The notes beneath the pieces were generated by a model. The model made no database searches and was not told where the DNA came from. It saw only the letters and a program-made list of their open reading frames with translations. A stretch of 64,000 bases of DNA from the human T2T-CHM13v2.0 reference genome, Homo sapiens. Below are positions 38,764-51,103 of the stretch, piece after piece. Where the stretch lies: the NCBI RefSeq assembly GCF_009914755.1, contig NC_060928.1. The stretch is one strand, 5' to 3'. Numbering within the stretch: position 1 is the first letter of the stretch; every line of letters begins with the position of its first letter. The translations under genes were made by a program, and so were the position numbers.

Positions 38764-41700
38764 TTTCTATTGTTTCCATTTGTTCTTAATTAACATGTAA
38801 TAATTGTACATATTTGTGGGGTACAGAGTGATGTTTTCATACATGTTTACAATGTGTAATAATCAAATTAGGATAATTAGCATATCCATCACCTCAAATA
38901 TTTATCATTTCTTTGTGGAGAAAACATTCAGAATTCCCTCTTCTAGTTATTTTGCAACGTACAATATATTACTGTTAACTATAGTCATCCAGGTGTATAT
39001 TGGAACAATAGGGCTTAGTTCTCCTATCAGACTATAACTTTGTTGCTTTAAATAACCCCTCCCCTTTCCCCTTCTCCCTTAGCCTTATCTTGTCTCTGTT
39101 AACAACTATTCAACTCTCTACTACTTTAAGATCATTTTTTTAGATTCCACTTTTGAGTGAGCTGATGTAGTATTTGTCTTTCTGTGCCTGGCACATTCCA
39201 CTTAACAATGTCCTCCAGGCTCATCCATGTTGCTGCAAATGACAATATTTCATTCTTTTTTATGACTGAATAGTATTCCACTTTATAAATGTACCACATT
39301 TTCTCTTTATTTACTCATTTGTAGATAGGTGCTTAGGTTGATTCCATATTTTGACTATTGTGAATAGTGCTGCAGTTAACACAGATAAGCAAGTATCTCT
39401 TTGACATACTGATTCCATTTATTTGTATATATATCAAGTGGTAGGATTGCTGTATCATATGGCAGTTCTATTTTTAATCATTTTGAGAAACTTCTATAAT
39501 GTTTTCCATATCACTATGGGAATAATCACTATATTAATTTCCATTCTTACCAACAATGAATAATTTTCTTCATTTTTCACATCCTTACCAGAATTTGCTG
39601 CTTTTGATAATAGCCATTTTAGCTAGGGTGAGATGATATCTCAATAAGGTTTTGATTTGCATGTCTCTGGCAATTAGTGATGTGCATTTTTTTTCATATT
39701 CTGATTGGCCATTTGTATGTATTCTTCTGAGAATCTCAATATCTATTCAGATCTTTTGTCCATTTTTAAATTGAATTGTGTTGCTTTTGCTATTGAGTTG
39801 TTTGGGTTCCTAGCGAGTCTGGATATTAACCCCTTGTCAGGTGCATAATTTGTAAAGATTTTTTTTCATTCAATAGGTTGTCTCTTCACTTTTGATTATT
39901 TTCTTTGCAGTGTAGAAGTTTTAGTTTGATGAAATTCCATTTATCTACTTTCTTTTTCTTTTGTTGCCTATGTTTTTTGAGGTCTTATTTCAAAAATTAT
40001 TGCCCAGACCAGTGTGGTGAAGCATTTCTCCTGTTTTCTTCTAGTAGTTTTATGGTTTCAAGTCTTACATTTAAGCCTTTAATTCATTTTGAGTTGAGTT
40101 TTGTATATGGTGAAAGATAGGAGTCCAGTTTCAGTCTTCTGCAAATAGATATCTAGTTTTCCCAGCATCATTTATTGAAGAGACTATCCTTTCCCCAATG
40201 TGTGTTCTTGGTGACTTCGTCAAAGATCAGTTGGCTGCAAATCTGTGGATTTATTTCTGAATTCTCTATTCTTTCCACTGAAGTATACGTCTGTTTTTAT
40301 ACCAGCACCAGGTTGTTTTGATTACTTTATTATATTGCTTTGTGATATATTTTGAAGTCAAGTAGTGTGATGTCTTCAGCTTTGTTCTTTTTGCTCAAGA
40401 GTACTTTGGCTATTTGGCATCTCGTGTGTGGTTCTATCAAAACTTTAGGGTTTTAGAAAAAGAAAACTTCTGTGAAGAATCTTATTGGTATTTTGATAGA
40501 GATCGCATTTAATCTATACATTGTATTGAGATCTTACTGAGAAGCATGGACATTTTTAACAATATTGATTCCTCAAATCCTTGAACATGGGATCTGTTTT
40601 TGTGTCCTCCTCAATTTTTTTCATTGATATTTTACAATTTTTCTTGTAGATATATTTACCTCTTCTTGGTTAAAATTCTTTCTAAGTACTTTTTTTTGTT
40701 AGCTGTTGAGAATGGAATTGCTTTCTGATTTCTTTTTTAGGTAGTTTGCTACCAGTGTGTAGGAATGCTACTGATTTTTGTTATGTTGATATTAGGTATT
40801 TGAACTCCATTTACTTCTTGCTAAAGTAAGTGCTTTATCATTTGGTTTATTATTTACTTTATCATTCATTGCTGTAAGTTCTTTGGAATGGCTTTTGCTG
40901 TATATCATAGATTTTGGTATGTTGTGTTTCTATTTACACTTACCTAAATAATTTTTTTGATTTCTTCTTTTCTTCATTGATCCACTGATTGTTCAGAAGC
41001 ACTTTGCTTTTTTTCCATGTACTTATTCAATTTCCAATCATCTTTTTGTTATTGGTTTCTATTTTTATTTCATTTTGGTCAGAAAAGATCCTAGATAAAA
41101 TTTTAATTAATTTTTTTTAAGATTTGTGGCCTAACATATGGTTTATCCTGGGGAATGTTTCACGTGTTGTCAAAAAGAATATGTATTCCACAGATGTTGA
41201 ATGGAATATTCTATAAATGTCTGTTATGTCCATTTGGTCTAGAGTGCTGTTTAACTCTTATGTTTCTTTTTTTCATTTTCTGTCTGGATGATTTGCTGAT
41301 TGATAAAAGGGGAGTATTACAGTTCCCCAACTATCATTGAATTGCATTCTATGTCTTCCTTTAGATCTATCAATATTTGCTTTATATATTTAGCTGCTCT
41401 GATGTTGGGTACATATATCTTTAAAATTATTTTATCATCTTGCCCCTTTATCATTATATAATATTTTTGTGTTTTGATCTTCGTGCTAAAGATATAAGTA
41501 GTTTATACACCATTATTACAGTATTAGAGTATTAAAACAAGTAAGGTTTTCCTATGTAATTATTTTTTATCAGTGAGTTTTGTACTTCCAGATGTTTTCT
41601 TTTTACATATTAGCATCTTTTCCTTTCAGTTTGAAGAAATTCCATTAGCATTTCTTGTAAGGCAGATCTGATAATGATGAATTCTTTCAACTTATGTTTG

Positions 41701-44089
41701 TCTAGAAAAGTCTTTATCTCTCCTTCCTTTCTAAGAGATAACTTAGTTGGGTACTATATTCTTCATTGGCAGTTTTGTTTTGTTTTCTCTTTTCTTCAGC
41801 ACTCTAACTATATCATCCCACTCCCTTTTGGCCTTCAAGGTTACTGCTGAGCAGTCTGCTGCCAGGCTTATTGGAACTCCCTTATATATTATTTGCTTCT
41901 TTTCTTTGACTATTATCAGAATTTTCTTTCTGTCTTTTACCCTCGAGTTAGATTATAATATGTCTTTGTTAGGCTTATTTGGGTTGAATCTGCTAGGTGA
42001 CTTTTGACCTTCCTCAACCTGGATATTTATATATTCTTCCAGGTTTGGAAAGTTTTCTGTTATTATTTCTTTGAATAAACTTTTTACTCCTTTGTTTTTC
42101 TAAATTCACTCCTGAACTCAAATAACTCAAATTATTGCTCTTTGATGTTGTCCTATAAATTTCATATGTTTTCTTACATCTTTTTTTAAACTCCTTTGAC
42201 AGTATTTTTATATAATGTACTGTATTTTCAAATAGCCTACTTTGAGCTCACTAACTATTCTTCTGTTTGATTGATTCTGCCATTGATGTTTTCTATTGCA
42301 TTTTTTATTTTGTTTATTGTATTTTCAGCTCCAGGATTTCTGATTTTTTTTTGTATTTTCATGTCTGTTAAATTTCTGTGATAAGTTTCTGAATAGTTCC
42401 TCTGTGTTTTTCAGAATTCATTGAGCTTTCTTACAACAGGTATTTTGAATTTTTTGTCTGAAAAAACATTACACACATCTCTGTCACTTTAAGATCAGTC
42501 TCTGGAACCTTATTTTGTCCTTTTGTTTATGGGTTATGTTCTTTACGTTTTTTTTTTTTTTTTTTTGAGAGAGAGAATCTCACTCCGTCACCCAGGCTGG
42601 AGTGCAGTGGTGCAGTCTTGGCTCACTACAGCCCTCATCTTCTGGGTTCAAGCGATCCTCCCAACTCAGACTCCTGAGTAACAGGAACTACAGATTCTCA
42701 CAACCACATCTGGCTAATTCTTATATTTCCTTCTTGGTAGAGACAGGTTTTCACCATGTTGGTCAGGCTGCTCTCAAAGTCCTGGGTTGAAGTGATTCGC
42801 CCACTTTGGCCTCCCAAATTGATGAGATTACAGGCATGAGCCACTGCACCCAGCTCCCTTAATGTTCTTGATGCTTGTAGACATGTGACAATTTCTGTAC
42901 ATTGTGGTATCAGGTATTCTTTCCAGTCCTTGCAGTTTGGCTTTGTTTGTTCTTGTTCTTCTTTAATTCTTCAGATTCTAAGTAGACTGACTCTTGTGCT
43001 CCCTGGACCCATGACCTCTAAAACTGTCTCAGCACTAGAGGATGACCTAAACCCATATTTGCTACATGTCTTTTGAGAGCTTCAAAGTTGGCCTGGATTT
43101 CCTCCCTGAATGGACTTGGGATAGACTCTAGGATGGTACTCGAGCTATGTGACAAGTTGTCCAGTGACACATGTCCAGATCCTGACGCAGTAACCCAGAT
43201 GGGCAGCAAAACCCTGCAAAATGGGACAATTTCCTGATTGTAGCAAGATGCGCTACAGTCAAGACTGGACCCCTCAGGATCTGCTGTGGTACAGAGCCTG
43301 GAAAACCTGTCTCATTGGCTCCTTGGGGCACATGTTTCCCCATAGGTTCCTGCACAGGTAAGGTATTTTCTCAACTTCAGTTAGAGGGGCTAGAGCTGAT
43401 ACTGGGCCACCTCAATATCTTTTGTGGAACAGAGGCTGTCCTGTCCTGCTTATCGGTTTAGATAGGCACTTGTCTTCCAGTAGGTTTTTTCATAAGCTGG
43501 ATAGGTCTCCAACTGTACCAGGAGGGTCTGGAGTTAAAATTGGGCCACCTAGGGGTCTTCTATGGGATGGACGTTGGTGAGCCCATCATGGAATTTCAGA
43601 CTCCCGGACTATAAAATATGTTTTCCTCTGGTATCTTTGTGTGAGCAGTTCAAAGCTGAGTCCCTGGTTGCTGGGGGATGGAGCCAAGCCACAGGAAAAC
43701 TTTCAAATCTACTGCTGAGACCTATGTTAATGGGAAGAGGAGCCTCTCCACTGAGGAAACAGTGTGTACAATTCTTCCCAGACCCCTTGACAGATGGTTC
43801 TGGTTGACATTTCAAGTCTAAACTGCACTGTAGCAAAGCCCTTTGGAAAATGTGTCTGTTTCTTGGTTTGAACCCAAGAGAAAGATCCGTGGGTGTGCTA
43901 GCTGGATGGTAGTCTGCACTCTCAAAACAGCCATCCTAGGCCTAGGACTCTACTAGTGTTTCACAACTTTCTAATTGAATCCCAAAACTCCTGCAGAGAG
44001 ACTTTTGTCTGTGGATAGTTGCAAAATTCTTCCTGTAGAAGGATATGAGTAGATTGCCATCTATTCCACTATCTTGCCGACATCACTCT
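38764..44089 (-). mobile_element. Old L1MA element retaining both ends, internally deleted, with TSD
   Basis: L1MA 3' UTR at ~38790, degenerate ORF2/ORF1, GC-richer 5' UTR ~43000-44089 whose reverse starts agagtgatgtcggcaagatagtggaatag; TSD gaaacagcctgag (38750-38762) / gaaacagtctgag (44090-44102). Confidence 0.88.
42548..42855 (-). mobile_element. AluJ nested in L1
   Basis: gctcactacagcc...agcgatcctcccaactcag J-type right arm; poly(T) tail. Confidence 0.93.
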
Positions 44090-44912
44090 GAAACAGTCTG
44101 AGTTTATCTTGTGCTAGGACCCTAAAGGACTGCCTAATCTTGTCACCAGGAGGGATTAGGCAGTATACTCCTCCTGGAATGTGAGAGAGAACCTGCCCTA
44201 CAGTCTAGTTATCTAAGTTTACATGCAAGCATGTGCTGCCTGCAGTAGGGTTAGACAGATAAGTTTGACATAAGATGTAATTTATCAGAATGTATCATCC
44301 ACAATCAGCTAAATTGTTTTCTCAAGAGAGCTTGTGATTGCCTCCAGGTGAAAACTTTCAGCCCACAGTCACAAAAATGCCACAAAATTAATTCTGTTAA
44401 GTGTAAAAATCATTAATTTTAATTGCTTTCTGCATAGCCCTGGGGATAAAGAAGAGTCTCTAAGATAGTGACCAAAATTATGCCCACATGATATGACTTC
44501 GAGGATCCTCTTCCTGCTCTTCCTGGACATCATTTCCCAGGAAATATGAGGTTCTTTCAGAAGACTCTAATTAGTATGGTGCCTTTCTTATATTCACTTT
44601 GATAATAAATTATATCTTCCTAATTTTGAAATTTTTCTTCTTCAGAAGAGCAATAATATCAAGAACTTTAGAAAACACAGGACTTAATAATCAAATCCAC
44701 TTTCTATATTTATTCATTCATCCAGTATTTAATGAGTGCCTAGAATGTGTTGGAGGAAAGAGCAGTGAACACAATCAAGATGATTCATAAATTCATGGCA
44801 CTTATCATTTTTAGAGGGAGATCTGCCCAGACAGCAAGTAAATAAAAACTAAACAAGATATTTTCTTTAGAGATTAATAGATGTAATGATAAAAGGGAAG
44901 AGAGTTGAAGGG

Positions 44913-45525
44913 ATATCTACACTTCCATGTTCATTGCAGCCTTATTCACAATGGCCAAGATATGGATTTTTCCTAAGTATCCATGGACAGATGAACGGAT
45001 AACATAAATATGGTATATATACACAATAAAATACTGTTTAGACTTAAAATAGGTGAAAATTCTGTCACTTGCAACAACAGGGATGAATCTGGAGGACATT
45101 ATGCTAATGAAATTAAGGCAGGCACAAAAAGACAAATATTGCATGATCTCACTTATATTAGAATCTAAAAAAGTTGAACTCATAGAAGTAGAGAGTAAAA
45201 TGATGGTTACTAGCGGCTAGGAGGTGGGGAAGGAAGGACTGGGGAGTTTTGGGTCAAAGGATAAAAAGTTTCCAAAGAAGAAAAGTAATAGGTTTTGAGG
45301 TTTGTTGCATAGCAGTTTAACTATAGTCAATAATAATGTAACGTATATTTCAAAATAACTAAGAGAGAGTAAATTTCAAATGTCTCACCATAAAATAATG
45401 ATGCAAAATGAGGTGATAAATATGTTAATTAGCTTGATTTAATCACTCTGTATCATATACATATATCAAAACATCACATTTTACATCACAAATATATGCC
45501 ATTTTAATTTGCCAATAAAAATAAT
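44913..45525 (+). mobile_element. L1MA 3' fragment (inside an L2 remnant)
   Basis: catgttcattgcagccttattcacaatggccaagatatgg...gatgaatctggaggacattatgct...atgttaattagcttgatttaatca. Confidence 0.9.
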
Positions 45526-45818
45526 ATTATTAACAAGAAAGAGTAATGAAGAACGAATAGGGCTATCTCAATTGCATGATGAAGACAGCTATTTTTAAGA
45601 TTTTTAAACAAAAGCATGAATAATAACTATAATTATAAACTTTGATGATTATGAAGAGAATTAAAAGATCCAGAGGTAGCAAGTTTCTGGGTATTGTAGA
45701 CAGACAGAAAGCCAGCAAAGATGGCCATTAATGAATGAGTCAAGGGGATATCAGTTCACCAAAAAGAGTGCTTTCTCTTCATTTTATCTCCAACTTCTAG
45801 CATAGGTGGTTGACCATA

Positions 45819-46451
45819 TGTTATAAGAGGCTATAATTACTGAGAAAGGGGAGAACCCTGAAATCCAGCAGCTGGCCTGGTACTGCCAGCTAGATCATGG
45901 TGATGCTATGAGCTGGTCTGGCACTCAACAGCGGGGCCTTGGTGTCCACCTATTGAACACAATTTCACGGTACATCAACGTCAGATGAGGTCATTCTGTA
46001 ATCATGTTAGATCAGGACAGAAACAAGCCCACTCCATAATAATGTGAGAACACAGACAAGATGCCATAATTGTCCGAGCCACGGAAATGTCCGAGAACTT
46101 CCTTACCTTGACTACTTTGAGTGACTCTTGCTTCTTTCCCAGTTATAGCTTTAGATTGACCTGGACTTTCTTCTTTATAAGATTTGTTAAGTTACTCAAT
46201 CACAGAATTATTCCTGCTTCCCAACAACATTGAATTCAAAGCAAAGCTGGGAAATACACTTTCTTACATTGCCCCTGAATCATCTAATACAGGCCAAAAT
46301 ACATTAATTCTTTTTTACCTGCTTTTGTTGAGAAGCTTCACAATTCCTTATGGTATGAAAAATTTTTCCTATATATGAAACAAATAATAAACCCAAATTA
46401 TTCAATTATAATTTTATTCCTAGTGGTATTTGGCTAGAGAATATTTGCTGC
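45819..46451 (+). mobile_element. ERV1-type solo LTR (MER67-like)
   Basis: gacagaaacaagcccactccataat...gagtgactcttgcttcttt...aataaacccaa...tggtatttggctaga; family uncertain. Confidence 0.55.
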
Positions 46452-47494
46452 AACCGTTTCTTACATTTAATATAAGCAAAAGAATAGCACAAGGATTTAA
46501 CATTCTGGTGTGTCTTTTGGTCAGACACATTTAACATTATCTTTCTGGCTTAGATCTAGGGATTGAGAGGAAGGAAGAGTCATTTCCAGACTGGCAACCA
46601 TTCATTATATTTACTTAATCTTATACGACGAAGAATTTAACCTATCGTGTCCTGAGAACGCTATTAAAGAGGCCAAATCTGTCATGCACCTGATGTAAAT
46701 GAATTATAAAACATCTAAGTAGAAAAAAAGATTATTGAGGAAAATTACGGATAATTTTTCCTCAAGAGTAAGTAACAGTTCTAAGCACCCCAATTTAGGT
46801 ATAATTACCAATTACCCTACAAGAACATAATAGTGGTGTAACATATAAAAATTGCCTCAAAATTATAGGGAATTGACAGTTCATGCTTATTATATAGGGT
46901 GCTTGGCAAAATGTATTCATACAAAAATAATTTGAATTTGAATTTTAAGAGCAAAAATGGTTGAGATGTATTTACTCACTTGACAAAAGAGACTGCCAGT
47001 TGCTCAAAGATTAAACACTTGGAAAAAATTGACTTTGTTTCAAAAAAAGTTCAACATGACTCTTTAATACTAAGAAACGTTGAACATTGTAAAATGCCTT
47101 GTTTAGGAAAGAAAAATCCATTCAATATACATAGGACATGGAAATGGGTATGGGGTTCTCTCTCACATTAGATCTGTGTTTTTTTTTTTTTTTTAAGGTA
47201 AAAGAGAGTTTCATTCTCAGAACTCATTAGTTAAAATTACTCATATTATTTTCAACAATTTTATAAATGTTCACAACTTAGGTTTAGACTAGGTACATGT
47301 AACTGCCAAGATCTGTGCCAATTTAAAGTGAATATGGGAACATATATTTAATTTTTTTGTCAGTACAATGGGATATTGGTCTCTGACTTAGTTTCTGTGA
47401 GTCAAACAAATTGTATAATTTAGACCAATATATCATGGCAGAAAATCTTATTTTATGAGAAGATATTCAGCTAAAAAAAAGTATGACTAATATA

Positions 47495-47830
<336 letters not shown>

Positions 47831-48439
47831 ATTTTTTTTTTTTAAGAATTATTCAATTTTATAAGTCCTAGGGAATAAATTAGGAGGCAGTGTGAAACTC
47901 TAATTTCACCCCTGAATGAAAGATTAAAGACATAATCTCTTAGCATATCATGTTTTTCCCCAAAAACTAAAGAGAAGAGAAAATGTATTAAAAGATGTCA
48001 ATTTGTTCGATTAAAGTAAGGTTCAAACTTGGGAAAGTGTTCTCCAATGGACCAGGTGGAGATATTACACTTCTAATTTTTGTTATAAGTTATGGTTTAA
48101 AATTTGCCAATCTTTAACCCCACCTAATTCTCCTAAGTTTGAGACAGTTTAGAAATATCTTTTCGTTAATGGTCTTTCTATTTCTTTAAACTGACTTGTC
48201 TTTCAATTCCTCGTCCAGTTGCACTTATCAATGAATAAATATTTACTGAATACTATTATGTGCAATTCATTGCTCTTTGTACTAAAAGCACTACAGTGTA
48301 ACTACAGTAATGTATAGTAGGCAGAAATTAAATATTAATAGACATATACAGCAGCATAGATAGATCATAAAAATGTGTATTGAAGTAAAAAAGTAGAGAA
48401 CAACACTGTGTATCTATATAGAATTCCAAAATACATACC

Positions 48440-48738
48440 CACAAACACAAATATACATAGTTCAAGGATATATACACACATGATACAGATAGATATGTAA
48501 AAGATAGATGATAGATAGATAAACAGATATGTGTATGTATGTGGAGAGAGAGAGACAGAGACAGAGATAGGCACAGAAGCCAAGATGCCAAGAGATAAAC
48601 AGAGTGAGAGATATATATTGGGGAAGTAGAGATATAGATATAGGAAGGCATATGTAGAGATATAAAAATGCACACATTAAAGTAGAAAATAACAAATAAC
48701 ACCATATCTATCTATCTATCTATCTATCTATCATCTAT
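48440..48738. repeat. GATA/GA-rich low-complexity tract and (TATC)n
   Basis: gatagatagat..., gagagacagagacagaga..., (tatc)n at ~48705-48738. Confidence 0.85.
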
Positions 48739-48844
48739 AAAACAACATTTTTGTTAAGATTAAAACTGCATATGCTCAAACAACAGTGTATATTTTTCCA
48801 AGAAAATATACATATACATTTAATGTGATACAACATAACTTTAG

Positions 48845-49408
48845 CTTCTGCTACAGCTTTCCATAAACTGCCCTCCTGGTGTTCACATCCTTATGTCATC
48901 CTCTCTCTTTGTGTGGACTGAATCTAGTACTTAAAATGTGACAGAAGTGATGAGATATAACTTCTGTGATTAGTTATAAAAGAGTGGGTGTTTCATCCTG
49001 CTGAAATACTTTCTTGATTGCCATCTCAGTTTGCACACTTTGCTAAAGCAAACTGTAAGGCAGAATAACCTCCCCTGGAAAGCAACTGAGGGCAGGCTCC
49101 AACCAACAGTCAGTGAAGAACTAACATCTTCAACTGAACCTCAGTTGAACAATATTCAAGGAACTGAGTCTTGCCAACATCTAGGTTAGTAAGCTTAGAA
49201 GCCAAACTTGCCCCAGTTAAGCTTACTAATGAGACTGGAGAACCTGGAGACCTTTATTGTAACCTTCAAAAAGACAGTGAAGTAGAGAGCCCAGCTAAGC
49301 TGCGCTTGGATTCCTGACTCAAAGAAACTCTGAAATGATGAAAATGGGTTGTGAGACGACACTAAGTTCTGGGATGGTGTGCTATGCAGCAAGGGCTAAG
49401 TAAATACA
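48845..49408 (+). mobile_element. MLT1E/F-type LTR
   Basis: acagaagtgatg...aaggaactgagtcttgccaaca...cccagctaagctgcgcttggattcctgac...actaagttctgggatgg...taaataca. Confidence 0.8.
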
Positions 49409-49636
49409 AATGGTATAATACATATCCATGCATATCTGGAGACACATGGCCAGAGAAGAGAAATGGGACTGCACATATGGGCATATTTTTTTGTTTACAA
49501 AATAGATACAAGAGAAGGCCTCAGGACCAAACACCAAGTTTTCAATAAAGAGAAATGTATTGTTAAATGTGTTTGCATCTTCTACAAATAAAATTCTGAA
49601 ATAGTAGAACATTGGAGACAGAATGAGTATGGTGGC

Positions 49637-50021
49637 TATATTTGTGTGCTGAAGCTGCCGTATCAAAATACCATAGACTTGGTGGCTTAAACAAAAAAAA
49701 AAAAATTATCATAATCCTGGAAGCTAGAAGTCCAAGATCAAGGTGGCATCAATGTTGGTAAGAACTCTCCTCCTCACCTGTAGATGGCCACCTTCTGGCT
49801 GTGTTCTCACGTGACCTCTATATGTGTGGCAAAGAGAGGGAGCAAGCCCCCTTGTGTCTCTTCTTCTTATAAAAACATTGGTCCTATTTGAATTACAGCC
49901 CCATTCTTATGACCTCATTTAGTGTTAATTAAATTATTAAAGGCCCAGTTTCCAAATATAGTCACATTGGGTGATAGGGCTTCAATACATGAATTATGAG
50001 GGACACCATTCATTTCATTAT
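49637..50021 (-). mobile_element. MLT1B-like LTR
   Basis: aaaataccatagacttggtggcttaaacaa...ctagaagtccaagatcaagg...tccaaatatagtcacatt. Confidence 0.85.
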
Positions 50022-50770
50022 AGTGGGTTATTTTGTTTTCTGTATTTCTGAAAAGTATCCAATATTATGAAGCTTTAATAATGAGTGTTCCTCAAAGAAC
50101 AGACTTGTGTGTTCATAAATACATATGAACAAAATACTTAGAAATCATGTCAAATATAGCAACTTGCATCTGCAGAACTGAAAAACATATTACCTTATGA
50201 GTTATTTTTTGGCTCTTGAGACTAAACAAGGCCTTTTTATTTAGTCATTACTTTCAATAATTTTTCAAATACTTGCATGTGCAATTCTCAATTTTAGGAG
50301 AAGTGTATATCTCTATAGGTGTTTTATTGTTTGTATTTTTCTTAGCAAAAGAATAAATGATCTAAACAATAGTTGTCTGTATTTGTTTCCCAATTACACT
50401 TAGCTGAAATCCAAAAGTGTTAAGAGCTTATTTCATCACAGATATTTTATTTACTAATTGTAGAATGAAATGTTTCTATTTAAGATAATTCATGTGGAAA
50501 AAGGTATAACTTTTTATTTTCAAATTTCTATGAGTGTAAATATGTGGGTCAATGAAATCAACTTGTGATGACTAAATGAAGCCTATTTGTTGAGTATATT
50601 ATAGATTGTGTGGAAAAGTCTGAGGGGCTCTACCTCCACCCTATAGCCTAATAATGATTAGAGGTCATTTTGGGGTTTTATAAAACTTCAGATTTATTGG
50701 CTATATTTTCCTAGTTCCTTCCCTGAGAATGGGCTAGTCTCACTTCCTATGGTATAAAATGTCCAGAAAC

Positions 50771-50946
50771 CTCTCTCTCCCTCTCTCTCTCTCTCTATAT
50801 ATATATACACATATATATATACACACACACAAATATATATATACACAAATATATATATACACACATATATATATACACACATATATATACACAAATATAT
50901 ATATACACAAATTATATACACACACATATATATATATATTTGTGTA
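50771..50946. repeat. Compound (CT)n + (TA/CA)n microsatellite
   Basis: ~175 bp with a degenerate higher-order acacaaatatatatat unit. Confidence 0.95.

Positions 50947-51103
<157 letters not shown>

Noticed and set aside
38764-44089. Active L1 or intact ORF1/ORF2
   Set aside because: No long minus-strand ORF in the track; heavily diverged, deleted and interrupted by an AluJ
48328-48705. Hydrophobic Tyr/Ile/Ser-rich ORFs
   Set aside because: Translation of low-complexity GATA/GA repeats
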